Shown here piece after piece: positions 34,606 to 47,880 of a stretch of 64,000 bases of DNA (its first letter is position 1; each line of letters starts with the position of its first letter). The notes beneath the pieces were generated by a model. That model had not been told where the DNA came from. It ran no database searches and saw only the letters and a list, made by a program, of their open reading frames with translations. The position numbers were made by a program, and so were the translations under genes. The DNA comes from Amphiscolops sp. MND2022 (Eukaryota). The DNA is taken from positions 24,862,001-24,926,000 of the forward strand of contig OZ076418.1 of NCBI GenBank assembly GCA_964187785.1, in the 5' to 3' direction.

Positions 34606-37600
34606 GTTAGCCATGTTTTACTTTTTAATTTCAGTAGAAATATCAAGTTTTTAAACAAGTGCGATGTCTCTAAACCCATTGTTTTTTGAACTTGTGGGTT
34701 TTTTGATTGCCAAGTTCATGTAGCATAACTGTGAGAACTTTTGAATTTTTTCATTTTTGCAAAAGTGTTCCTAAAGAAATGAAAATCTTCTCGTGATTCG
34801 ATCTATTTAGACAACGTGATTTTGAATGAATCAAAATTCTTTTTTCGTGAAACCATCTAGTCAACGTATTCAGTTTAGGAACTTAGCTGACCTTTGAAAT
34901 CACATTCATAATTTCTATCACTTTCATTTATGTAGCCCATTACTAATATGGCGAATAACACGAGATGCAGTGTCACTGCGATCTTTTAGTACATCATGTC
35001 AAAAGGCCTTCGGAACAAAACTGAGCACCTTCCAACCTCAATTCTTTGACAAAAAGAAGCGGAATGTTTTATATTTGAGAAGTCACTCCTGTTCTGAGCA
35101 CTAGTTCTTGCTTGAAAATTTCCATAAAGAAACCTCGGGAAGTTTTTGCTTCGGGCACCCAAACTTCGATGAAAATCAGGAACAACGTTGAAATAACGTA
35201 GAAATAGTGTATTTTGACCGCTTGAGTGTTATAACGAAAAACAGAAATAACATTGTTGAAACTGAAAACAATTCAGACAAATCCTAAACAGTCGTGTATC
35301 TTTTATAAGCACATTTTACTGAACAATATTTTGAAACACTTTGTTCGGGTGGAATAGCTGAATGAATTTGTTCTATCCGAAAACCTTAATTATTGAAAAC
35401 AAATAATTTGCATGAATGACTATCTACTACTGTGGTTCTCAATGCTATCAATGATTGACCGTTTCGTTTACTGGCAGCCGTCCACAAAAATAGTTTCCCA
35501 AATGAACAGGTCTTTCAACAATTGTTTAACCGTTCTTCTCCGCAGTCAAAGTGGCGGAAATGGTGTTCCATATACTATTACTTTGTTTCATTTCTCAGAT
35601 GCGTCCCTGAATTCTCTCGAAGACATTCAGTTTCTTTTTCAGTTAGTATGGTTCGTGGTACCACATTTGCTAAAACGTAATGTTTTGGTCAGAATCTCAT
35701 GACGTGCTTGGGTTGACAACGTTCAATGTGTTCTCTTCTCTTAAATGAGGGTATTGTTGTATTTCTAACTAATACTATGAAAAGAACAGGGTTTTCTAAA
35801 ATTACATCTCGTCTATACTCAAGCGTATGCTATGTATCAAGTAACACAAAGTGATGTATCAGTTTTACATCTAATGTTTGTAAACAATACGGCAGGTATG
35901 TCTATGACCGAAGTTCGGTAAAGGTCAGTTTCTTGATTGACGGGTGAACCGTATAACGCATTTCTTTCGGTGATACTTTTTTTAGTGGCAATGTGTTCAG
36001 TATGAACAAGGAATGTTCACTGTCTTGTCTGTTCATTTCTAAGAATCGCTGTTCGTTTCTAAGTCTTTCATTGTTCCCCTCTTGGTAACGGAAAGACTTT
36101 GCTTTTCTGTCACTACTTAACTGCTTGGGAAAACTTTCTGACGGCTAATTGGATCATCATCGCTGTAGGTACTCATTGTTATATTGAACTTCTGACTTGA
36201 AACTATTGCAAAATAGGACGTATGTAAGTAGGTATTGAAATGTTTTGTTTAAAACAGTAATAACGTGGTGAACAACAACGCATTAGTATACCAATTTTTC
36301 TTATTGCGCACTCGTTAGCAATCAATATCTAGTAATTTTGGGCACGTGACGACTTTTTTGGTGCTAGAGTTTATCTAAAAGTCATGAAAATAATCAGCTC
36401 ACTGATACACTGGCTATGATTGCTAAGTTAGTAAGGAAACGAAATACATGTACTGCCTTAAGAAGAATCACTGATGAATCACAAATGACGACTGGATATG
36501 CCAGTCGTTGATCATAAATTCTTCATTATTGTACAGAATATTTTAGTGGTTAACTTCATTGCTCTTTGCCAATTTTTGTGAGTACCTAGTTTCCACTCCT
36601 CCATGCAGTGTAGTCGACAGCGTCATAGTCATTCAGTTGTTCTTTCATGCTTACGATATGAGAGTTTTAGACATGTAGTTGCTGTTGTTTGGTCATCTAC
36701 GATATCGATCAATTGAAATAAGATAGCAAAACCCCCGGGGTTCGAATTTGATCAGTCCCATGAAATCTAGTTACATATCGCCGTCAACTATTTCACTTTG
36801 GTTTCGAAAAATAATTTCGGCCCTCTGTATCAGAGCTTGAGAACTTTTGCTTGACTTTTCTCATGGCAAGTGCTGTTCATAATGCTGTTGATTTTACATC
36901 TGTGTTCAGTTTTGGCCATCACGAACGTTGTCATGGTCTTCCACTGGGACTTGAGAAACGACTCCAAATGGAGTTGAGACATGTTTTCAGCGCTCTCCAA
37001 AATATTCGGCGGTTTGTTCATGGATTTGTTACTCTAAACATCAAGCGCTGTTCAGTTGTTTTTGATCGTTCCATGTCGCCCGAACCTGCTATTTCAGGTC
37101 TGCTGATTTTTCCAGTTTGCGTTTTTGAATATCCCAGTGCTGATCGAATCGAACAGCGCAAGCTTTTTTTACAATCAGTAAGTAGATAACCAAGCTCCTG
37201 CTGAGTATGTTTCATAAAAATTTTGTACTTTTCTTTCCGTCTTCGTGCGTTTCTGGTCGTCTTTTTTGTCTATCCCCGGTGTTGAAGTCTCTCGTTTTTT
37301 GTTCTGTGGTGTTGTTTGGTGATAAAGCTTGTGTCTTGTGATGGACTGTAAACAATTCTGCATAGTAACGTTGGTTATTTCCAATTCTCTGCCATAACAT
37401 GATTCTTTCATTGGCGAAGCTCCACTTTAATCTCTGTTCAACTCAGAATGGTCTCGTCGGCTTTCATTTTTTTCGTTTCACTGTGAAAATTGTTTGCAGA
37501 TAGTGGCAATTTATTCTATCTCATGGTAAGTCCAAGTTTTTCTGTACACTGCTGTCTCTTGATTTTGCTTTTGCATATTACTCGTCCAATCAGTTGTACC

Positions 37601-37607
37601 TGATAAT

Positions 37608-37826
37608 TGTAAAAGACCAATGGATAAATGAAGAAGTGAATTAAAAACTAAGATCTCTGAAGTAATGAGTTAGCACATATAGTGTGTCTTCAAAGTATCT
37701 AACACAATCAACTGAATCTATCGTTAGCACCGGCACTAAATGTTATACGATGAGAATGTTTCTTTGGCAGGTACTTCGAACTCAATGAACTTAAATGGCC
37801 ATGTGAATGGCATCTTCTTCTCTGCA
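37608..37826 (-). repeat. G3 3' LTR
   Basis: Direct repeat of 43343-43558; inner end approximate (small indel); no clear PPT survives. Confidence 0.92.
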
Positions 37827-38340
37827 GTTAGGGAAACCAGTCCTGATTCCCGGAGGGTTTCTTGTCGGATTGTTTGGCTTGCACTTTCTCTTTCTTCAAT
37901 TTTTGAAAGGGAGTTGTGAGGAATCTTCGAAGTGGGCTGGAGATGGTTCCTAAACGACCAATATTAATAATACTTTACCCCACCTAATTTCTCGGTCCGT
38001 CTAGCCCCCTTTATCCTATCTGATCTACGAAGATCGCTTGATTGTTCAAATGTTACCTTGTTATATTTTGTTTTATTTCTTTAATGTCAGCTTTACCTTT
38101 TTCTTTATTCGCTTTTTCGGTCTTAGTCGGTATTTCAGCGGTAACAGTTGCACGGATCGGGGTGGTTTGATCTGCGTCTTTCTGTGACGAGCATGGGCCG
38201 TGGCTGGTGCTACACTGAATCGGTGTTGTTGGCAACGGTGTATTCACTTCCGGTGTACCGTTTTCCTCTGGCTGAGTCTCTTCTGCGGCAGTGTTTTGTT
38301 CTTCGTGCTGTTGTGCCGTTGTTGTAACGGCTTGTGGTTC

Positions 38341-39568
38341 TTATATGTCCGTCTCTGTTTGAGTTGTAATGATGTCGCCGTAGGTGGATCGTTTCTGCGG
38401 CATCGTTGGTAAGGCGCGGCTGCTGCACGGTTCTTGTGGGCCCTTCCGAATTCCATACACTCTTTTATGTGTATCGCGGGAATCTCCTTGGCAGATTTTT
38501 CCACATCTGCAGCATTTGTTAGCTGGCCTCCGTTTTTCTTCCGGTTTTCTTGAAAGCTGAATTTTTACCGGTTTTGACGCTAGTCTTTTGTGTATTGTTT
38601 TCCCTTCAGACGTACTTATAGTATGTTTCGTTTCCTTTACTGCCGTTAGCAGTTTGTTAGTTTTGAATCTGCTTTTCAAAACGTTCGGTTGGTTTTCTTT
38701 TTCAAAAAAATGGTACTGTTTAAATTCCGACCTTAGTGATCTCGCTCTTTTCTTCGAATCGCTGAGGACAATATAGTCAGCCATCTCCCCTTCTGAGTCG
38801 TTTATTTTGAACATTTGGAGTTCCGTTGGCTGTGCTGAAATGTAATTGGTCAGTGTCGTTTTCCAATTAGATAAGAGGCATTCAGGTTGTTCGATTAAAT
38901 TAGTTCTCGCGGTGCGAGGTTTTTGTCCGAAATGCATCTGGAATGGCGTCATGTTTAATTTAGTGTGGGGAGTTTGTCTAATTGTTTTAATTGCTAAGTT
39001 AACACTCTCTTCGAATATTAATCCGTCTGCCATGTTTGCTCTAGCTAGCGATTTAATCGTCCGTATTTTTCTCTCAACTTGGTCAGTACCGGTGTGTAGA
39101 TTTGACGTGCATCTAATGCGTTTTATATTGTCTCGGTTACAAAACTCCTTGAACTCGTTACTTTTAAAACAACTGCCGTTGTCGGTGCGTACGCCCCGTT
39201 TCGTTCCGTTATCTGAACAGTACTTCGTTAAAAATTTTTAAACTGTCCGTGAGTCGGTATTTTTTACAAATTTGCGCCGTTGGCCATTTACTAAATCGGT
39301 CCACGGCCACCAGAATGTATACGTTACCACGAGTCTTCGATTTTATTGGTCCAGCGAAGTCCAATTGAATTTTTTGATTTGGTTCGGACAAAAATTTCAG
39401 TTTATTTTTTTCCGTGGACGCTAATTGTGTTACAAGATTTTTTCCTGACGCTCTGCAACTAGGGCAGTTTTCTGCTTTTTCTTGAATTTCTTGATGGATG
39501 CCAAGCCACCAAAAAGCTGCCGCTAGTTGGTCCATTTTTGTCGCAGATGGGTGTCCTTGGTGAAGCAT
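38341..39568 (-). pseudogene. G3 integrase (broken) with C-terminal extension
   Basis: HQGHP...CPSC, QLDFAGP, VRTDNG, tail containing CCRCGKICQGDSRDTH. Confidence 0.92.
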
Positions 39569-40459
39569 AGCTATGACTGTTGTCCGGATGTTTTCGGGAA
39601 TTATGATCCTGTCATTGTAAAAGAGAAGACCAAATCGGGTGGTTAGATGGTTTCTGTGTGACGATATGGGTCACATAGGGTGACGCATATGGGTGACGAC
39701 ATGGGTAGAATATATCTTTTGGTTGGTCTTTTTCTAGGGCGGCGATAGCACTTAAAAACTTCACGTCCCTCGCTGTTTCGTCCACAAGCATTGGAACTCA
39801 AGAGCGAAATCCTTCTCTGCCCTTTTGATTGTCGCCTCTGTGTGTTCGTTCTGGTCGTCGTCCATGGTGTTTGCTTTAACCGTCTGTTTCAGTCTGATTA
39901 GGTTGACAGTTTCGTGTTGCCGGAATTTCTTGAGTGCATTTATGGGACATTTCTCTTGTCTGACGTTGCTCACCTGGCTCTCGCTCGCTGTCTGATGAGT
40001 TTTGGATAATCCATGACTCGTGTTTGTTTTGTTGAAATTCTCTCATCGGTGTAGTTCCCAGAGTTTCACAATAATGAAAGAAACGGTTATAAATTAGGAT
40101 ATTTAGCTACACTATCCGCTTTCGTGCTTGTTGTGGGGGCCGATATTCTTGGAGTCGTTCGTGATCGCTTCCTTTTTTAACTATTCTCGTCTTCTCTGGT
40201 TTTAGAAGTCTTTTTCTCTCCGTCCAGAGTCGGTACGTGTCTGGGGAATGGCCTCTCTTTTTATAAATGAACTGCAAATCGTTTATTTTGGTATTTGGAG
40301 CAGATTGATCGAATTTTAACGGTTTTGAAGTTGGATTAACACCGTTCAATGGTAGTGAGGCTTCAAGCAAATGATTTTGTTTGCTTTGTTCACGCTTGCA
40401 TATGTCGTGCTGTGATTGGTCAATTTTTTGTCTCGGTTTTGTTCGTTCCGCGAATCTCT

Positions 40460-41801
40460 TTATGTTTCTGTCGTTTGGATGAAGTCGAATAAGCCGTGTA
40501 TTTGGTTTATCACGAATTCATCTTCGGATTCCGTTTCGGTTTGACCGCTTACGTCATTTTCCGTTTCGTTCCCAGCGGTGTTTACGATCGGAAAACGGCT
40601 TAGGCAATCCGTGAGCGGAATGTTTTTTCCAGTGGTATACTGTACATTTACATCGAAATGACTCAATCTATCTAACCACTGTGTTAACCTAGCGCTATAC
40701 TGCTTGTGCGCCCTATATCTTTTTAACAACGGCTGTAGTGCTTGGTGATCGGTTAACAAATTGACTGTTTTGCCGTAAACGTGGTATCTGAAATACTCTA
40801 ACCCCCATAACGCTCCTAGTAGTTCTAGTTCATTAATAGCGTGTTTCCTCTCACAGTCAATGAGGAATTTACTAGCGAATACGATCGGTCTGATTATTTC
40901 TCCTTCTCTTTGCCAGAGTGTTGCCCCGAGTCCCGTGTTGCAAGCGTCTGTTGTCACGTAGGTGTCCTTCTTTGGGTCGAAATGGGCGAGACATGGTGAT
41001 TCTGTAATCTCTTTCTTTAAATTTTCGAAATCACCATCTACTTCAGGCGTAACTCCCAACGTTTTTTTTTCAATAACTGTCTCATGGTGTCGGTTTTTTT
41101 GTACAAACTATTTATGAAATTTGACAAATGTGTTATGGAACCCAAGAAGGATTTTAATTCTTTGGGATTCTTTGGTGCGCTCAATTTCGTTATTGCTTCC
41201 GTCTTGTCTTTCATTGGTTTTACCCCGCTCTGGTTTATGTGGTAACCCACCCAAGTTATTTTTTGTTTGAGTGTTCAGTTTTCGTTTCGCTTGCTCTATA
41301 CCCAGCGTTTTGTAATTTGTTGAGTACTTCCCGTACTTCTTGTTCTTGTTCATCTATTGTTCCATTGGTTACACAGATGATGTCATCTAGCCACACTGGT
41401 GTTTTAAATTCTAGCACTTTGTCGATATGTTCTTAAAATACAGTTCGGATATCCGAAAGCCCATAAAAGCCTTTCTTGAATCGGTAATGGCGCGTGAAAT
41501 CTCCCCCAATTTTTGAGAATAAACAGTGTTTTGCTGCTTCTTTGGATAGTTTTGCCTGCCCATAAGCATAATCCAAGTCGATCTTTGAGATCCAAAGTTC
41601 TCCGTTTTTTTTCGTAATTTCTGCTGATACTGTGCTGATTAATTCTTCCATGTTTGGCATTGCTGCCTTTCTCTTGACACATGACTCATTTAGCTTTCTT
41701 GCGTCGAGGGCTATCTTCGCGGATTTGTCCTTTTTTATGGTGATGACAGCTGGTGAGATAAAACAGTTTTCCGTGGTTTTATCTGCTTTCTCCTTTTTCA
41801 A
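40460..41801 (-). pseudogene. G3 RT - RNase H fragments
   Basis: SPAVITIKKDKSAKIALDARKLN, KIDLDYAYGQ, TPVWLDDIICVT (41382-41393), VTTDACNTG, INELELLGALW. Confidence 0.95.
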
Positions 41802-41822
41802 TCAGCTTTTCCAGTTCATGTT

Positions 41823-43330
41823 TTACTGTTTTTGAAAATGTATTGGTACTGGTCGTCCCTTTTGTTGTATTGGTTTCGTATCTTTTTTGAGTTGGATGTC
41901 GGTTGTCAGATCTTTGATTGTGTGATTATTCTTGAATAGGTCTTCGTATTCGTTAATAATCTTCTGTCGTCTTCCGTCAGTTTCGATGTGTCGGATAAAA
42001 TTCGTGTTTTTGTTTCCTTGTAATCCGATTTCTAGTTTATCCAACCAATCCAATCCCAATAAAGGTTGATTGTTCTTGTTTTCGGTAAATATTATGGGTA
42101 AGATTTCTTCGCTTTTTTCAGTTTTCATTCCACCATGGCTTCGTCTTTGAATTTTATTGGGTTCTTGTTTACATCTACAAAGCATTTCGTAGCTTTGTGT
42201 ATTCCTGTTGGACTAATTATTGGCGGTATTATCGTCACTGGCGAGCCAGTGTCATTAATGAATTCTATTGGTTGTCCCTAGACCAATAGTATCGCTTTGT
42301 AGAAGTCTACTCGGTTAATGCCGTTGACGGATTGAATATGGTTCATGATTCGGTGTTGCTCTCCGTTGATGGTTCTTTCTGGATCCGACTGATGGTCTTG
42401 GATTTGCACACTTTGGCAAAGTGTCCCATTTTCTTGCAGTTGTTGCACTGTGGTCGCCGTACTGGGCAGATGTGTTCCAATGACCAATTTGGTTCGCGGC
42501 AAAAGCGGCAGTTGCTGTTCGATAGCTTCTTCTTCCCGATTTCTGTCATTGTTCCCGATTTACGTTTCCGTGCTGGGTGTTTGCGGGCGACTTGTGCTTG
42601 GCTTGACGAGCTGTCGGATGAGAGTTTTCTGTGTTTCTTGTTTGGCTTTTTGTCTCCGTATTTGCGATGGTAGTTGTCCTGTTCGATGGTTTCGAGGACC
42701 ATTTGAAGATTCAGTGACCCCTTTATGAAATTATCTCGGGCTTTTTTGTCATTGATAGTTGCTGCGAATTCGTAGGTGATAATCTCTTCTGGTGCAATTC
42801 TGCTGAATTCGCATTTTTTTCGATGTCGACCACTCTCTTCCAATATTCATCTAATGCTTCGTTATCTTCTTGTTTGATGTTAGGGAATTGGGCTCGACTG
42901 TGAAAAACATTTCGCGCAGGGATGAATGTTTTCTTGAATAGTTTCAAAAACTCTGATAGGTCCACATCTTTCAGCTCTCTGCCCCATTGACCCCTCATAA
43001 TTTCGTGTTTGGCTTTGGGGCCTAGTGCCCAGATAACATCTCCCTTTATGTGATACACGGTATGCAGGTCCATTTGATGGGTGCCTTGATCCATCATTTC
43101 GTCTAGATTTCGATTGTACGTGAGATGTATGTATGTACTCGGATATTTGTTCCCACCACATTCGTGGGTTTATTTTTGTCAAATCGGTTTCACTGTCCGA
43201 TAGGATTGGAATTTTGTATTTGTTCTTTTCCTTTCGGTCTGCTGTTGTCTGATTCATCAACTTTTGATTCGTGGCCGATTGAGCCGTTTGTACCCAAGTA
43301 TTTGGATCTGTTTGATTGTCCATTAGATTG
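41823..43330 (-). pseudogene. G3 gag - protease fragments
   Basis: Knuckles CRFCREPNWSLEHIC and CNNCKKMGHFAKVC; protease EFINDTGSPVT near 42235-42270. Confidence 0.92.
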
Positions 43331-43342
43331 CTGACTGTGCCA

Positions 43343-43558
43343 TGTAAAAGACCAATGGCTAAATGAAGAAATGAAATAAAAACTAAGATCTCTGAAGTAA
43401 TGAGATAGCACATATAGTGTGTCTTCACAGTATCTAACACAATCAACTGAATCTATCGTTAGCACCGGCACTAATTGTTCCACGATGAGACTGTTTCTTT
43501 GGCAGGTACTTCAAACTCAATTAACTTAAATGGCCATGTGAATGGCATCTTCTCTTCA
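43343..43558 (-). repeat. G3 5' LTR (PBS immediately inside, 43326-43342)
   Basis: TG...CA termini; PBS TGGCACAGTCAGCAATC on the - strand. Confidence 0.95.
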
Positions 43559-44364
43559 ATAATGAATTCAAGAAAACATTTAAAACAGTTTTTAGGTGCG
43601 CCTTGTCGAAACGTTTGAATGGGAGTATCTTTGATTTGGGATTCTTTTTGGGATTCTGCAGATGCTATTAGTCGTACCCAGGTGTTTGATGGTGATGTGA
43701 TTCATTTTAATATCAAAGTGAGCTTGTCCATATAACCGTTCGATTATTCTTGCAGTGTATATTTTTCACTTTCCTTATTTCAAAAATTCAAACGATGGTT
43801 GATAGCGTAATAGCTAATCGGTAATTCCGTATAGTGAGTGTATCGTAACATCCGTAGATTTAAAATCAACGAGACGGGATCGTCTCAAGTCGGCACTACA
43901 ATTAAGACTCAAAAAGTGCGAAGTTTACAAAGTATACTCAGGATGTTTTCCATCAAAAATTTACGAAAAAGCGTCGAAACTTCCAAAGGGAGTTTTTGTG
44001 CTCTGAAAAAACGCTTCAAGAGTTCGGATGTAACATGCTGCTTTTTTCGAACTTCGGCCTCCTCTTAGTAAAACGCAATTCACTTCGAATATAACGTAAA
44101 ATCTTGAAATGAGCGTACTAGGATACCGAACCTCTGCTTCTTCCTTAGCGAAACGCAGTATAGTTTGGAGACAACGTCAAAAATTCGGATATATCGCAAT
44201 ATTTTCAAAATCGACCTTCTTTCTTGTGGAACGGAAGTTCAACTGATATAACGTCGAAAATTGATCAATAGTATCACAAAATATTAGATACATATTGCGA
44301 AACAATATTGCCGAAAAATGCAAAAGATGGGCTTTTCTAACATCCAATTTGTTGCGAAATATCA

Positions 44365-45345
44365 TACAAGACGGGAACGTCTACAGTCAGCTCAAAATTT
44401 TCTAACTTGAAAAAGGGGACCCTTTGGGCTTTTTGAGAATCTAGTTTGTTGCACAATATCAAAACAATAAAAGGGACCCTTTGGAGACATTGAAATTTTT
44501 CGTTAAAAAACGAAAATTGAGAAAATGGAACAATCTCAGAGTGCCGAAAACTTGAAAGGGGAGACCTTTTGGGCTTTTTGAAACTTCTGTTTGCTGCAAA
44601 GTATCAAAAAACGTGAAGGAGGACCCTTTGGTGACAAAAAAGTAGCAGAGTGCCGAAAAAAAGTCATATTTGGGACCCTATAGTCTCGTCCAGTTAAAAA
44701 GTTACGTTAAAAATGGAGTAAATGAAAGGGGCACCCTTAACACTATCTTAGATGCGTTTCCGTTGGAGAAAAAAAATGAAGAAAAAACCACAAGAGGGCT
44801 CTTTGCACCAGTTTAGATGTGGTTCCGAGGCGTTGGTTTAGTTGAACAAACTGAACAAAAAATGTCCGTTCCAGTGGAAGTCTTGATAAGAACAAGACGG
44901 GAACGTCTCAAGTCGGCGCTATATCTAAGACTAAAAACAAATCGAAGGGTGACACTTTGGAGAGAAAAAATTTAGAGAAAAAGTCGCACAGTGCCGAAAA
45001 AAAACGAAAGGGGGACCCTGTACACTCATCCGGGGTTGTAGGCTATGATTAAAAAGTAAAACGTAAAAGGGGGACCCTTTGGAGACAGAAAAAATTCCGA
45101 AAAAAGTCGCACAATGCTGAAAAAAAACGAAAGGGGCCCGTCCATTTTTGTAGGTTACGTTTAACAAATATAAAAAAACAAAGGGGGGACCCTTTGGAAT
45201 AACTTAGATGCGTTTCCCTGGTGTTTAGTTTCCTTTAGTTGAACGTTAACGTTCGTCGCTTCGAGTCTGTCTTTAAAAAAGAAAAAAAGGAGTGACAGTA
45301 ATTGTCGGTGTCTTTTATTAAAAAAAGCGCCGACTAAAAACAATG
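44365..45345. repeat. Repeat family R1 cluster, inverted relative to 6006-7058
   Basis: AACAAGACGGGAACGTC termini at 44365 and 44891 (weaker copy at ~43868); repeated aaagggg(g)accctttgg motifs. Confidence 0.8.
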
Positions 45346-47344
45346 CCTAGAAAACGAGTGGGTTTTGATGCCATATTGATCTGATGAAGGTTTTACTCCG
45401 ATACTGTTAAGTTTTTAAAAAGTACTTGGCACTCCGCTGTCACAACACGCTCCCGGTTGGGGATGTTCATGCAGACGCATTGCATTCGGAAGAGGGCACG
45501 GCTGCAGTTTACACATTCCAAGATGGTAACTTAGTCACCAATTTTAAACTAATACTCATTTCCAAAATAAACTGTGACTGAAAATGCAAAATATACGTCT
45601 ACTTTGCGAAAGTTTCAATGAAAATGAAAACAGAGAACAAAATGAGCTAAAATGATTCACGATTTTCTCGCTCATCTCACGTCAGAACAGAAACATTCGT
45701 CACCTGAAAATTAAAATTAAGAGATGTCCTGGAACAAAAGATCACAGATCAATCTAAACAGAAACATTCCCAAATCTTGCTTGGAAAAAGACATCAATCA
45801 TATCTAAAACAGAAAATACATTGGGATGGCACGCCTAAAAAAATTAGGCTTTTTCTAAGAAAAGGCAACTCAATTGCACTTCGAACAGCAATTAATGTAG
45901 GATTAGGACAACGGTGCGTCGTTAAGTTAACAAATATAGGCGGTACTTGCAAATATTACTATACTTGTGACGTCAGTGCTACGTCACTACCTAGTCAACT
46001 AACTAGAAGTATTCCAAATTACTCGTGGGCGTGACGTCACTAGCTTGGCAGCTAGTCAGAAATTCATTCCAAAATATGCGTCAACAACTCGTCAAACTTG
46101 GCAGCTTGCCAAGCTAGCTGAGAAAACTTGTCGTTGTGTTGTCGCAAATCCATCAAAACAGCTGTTTCATTCCATCCAGAATAGCAAAATGAACGCTGAT
46201 TTTAGATGAAATGATGTAAAGGAAATCTTTAAATTGGACCAAATGTAGCTAGGATGAAAGTAAGATATGGCGAGTTGCGTCTATCCCTCGTCGACTAAAA
46301 TATTATTCGTTTAAAATTACACTAAGAAATAATCTAAATGAGAATTTTCCGCATCTAATGAACAAAGTCACGGTTTATATTTTAGTACTGAATAAACAAC
46401 TGTATTTTGTTACATGAGAATTTTTTCTATATTACCATAATTACGCGTGTACCCGTTGCTTGATAACAGTTTGTATTCTCAACTTGTCAGCCTATTTTTG
46501 TATGACGTTGTTTATTCACTGACATATATTGGAGAAACTCATGGACTTGTTAACTTTGATAGAAAACCTCCCTCTGTTGAATGTTATTTCCAAATGAGCT
46601 ACCAATACTAATGTGAATATCTCTTTACGGTGTTACTAAAAATCACTACTTGAAGTTTTCTGTTTTGTTTAGTTCTGATTTGTAAACTTGGCGCGCTTGT
46701 GTCGTCAGACTAAAATTATTGCCAAAGTGCTATTTAATGTAGTATTAATTGTAAACGCTAATTTATGTGGTAATCATAATTTTGGTCCAGTTTATCCAAA
46801 CACTTTCCTAGCATCGTTCAAATAACCAAAACTTGGAAATTAGTCATAACATTTTCTTGAGTGAAAATTCAAAATCAGGATTTAGTTGTTCACATCAACG
46901 TCATCTCCGCGTCAGTTTTCCTACAAACCAAAGCAGTAAAACAGGGAAATTAATTCCGGTTTGACAGACTGAAGTAATATCTACTTCCTGCTTGGGAGGA
47001 AGCAAAAGGACGCCGGAATGAAGTGATATGATCATGGCTGATGACTAATGTTAAATTAGAATTGCCGTGTTTCAAGATTTGACCAAATGTCGAAGCAAAT
47101 TTGGGATCATAATGATTTTTTCACTAAAAAACAGGATAACACTAATTGATCGAGGAAAATTAGGAATATATTCGTGATCAAATGATGCTAGTAGGGAATT
47201 GATACGATGCATTTTGTTGGTTGAGGGACTCGATCCTTTTGCACTTGTGAAAATCAGTTGCGCTATAATTCAATTGTCTCAACCTGTTTGTTCAATTTTG
47301 TTGAAAATACATCACAAAATTAAATTGAACTTCTCAAATCAAAC

Positions 47345-47880
47345 TTGCTTCATCCAAAAATGTTGACTACAAGGAGTCAAAAGAGAAGGAACAACCAACA
47401 GGAGAGCACTGAAAGTGTTAGTGAAGGTTTTGTTTCACCAATAGTAGTTGAAAATTCTTTTGCCTTAGATCAGGACGCAGTTGTTGCGGGACCTTCTGAA
47501 CCAGTGTTGAAACTGTTAAAACCTGAAACAAGAGGAAACATAAAGAAAAACATCGAAGAAGAAACAGAAAATGAAACTAGGAGTTTCTACACTCCTACAA
47601 AAGCTGTCGGATTAAACTCTACTCAAAACAACGACCCAAATGCAAGTCGTAACATGGTGACAGGAGTATTAACTGACTGCACCAATCAGCCTAAAATACA
47701 AAAAGTAAGGTCCCAAAGTCAACCGGCGTCAAAAGAGCGTCCTGCATAGGCCAGAACACTGTTTGCATCAGAAAAGAACGACGGCACTGCGCTGCCTAGG
47801 CCAAAAACCCTCACGGCATCACTCCTAACTTTTGATGGGAAATCTAAAAAGTTAGAGTTTTTTGAAGTCATTTTTCAACT
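47345..47880 (+). mobile_element. Fragment of another LTR element: candidate LTR end + PBS + gag N-terminus
   Basis: CGTAACA|TGGTGACAGGAGT at 47648-47667 (one mismatch from the tRNA-Leu-type PBS TGGTGTCAGGAGT); after one stop the frame reads LPRPKTLTASLLTFDGKSKKLEFFEVIFQ, a gag-like xxFDG motif. Confidence 0.6.

Larger units (their letters stand above)
37608..43558 (-). mobile_element. Full-length Ty3/Gypsy (Mag-like) LTR retrotransposon G3, multiply frameshifted
   Basis: ~216-bp LTRs (~11-12 substitutions), TSD ATAAT at 37603-37607 and 43559-43563, PBS TGGCACAGTC, gag/PR/RT/RH/IN fragments. Confidence 0.96.
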
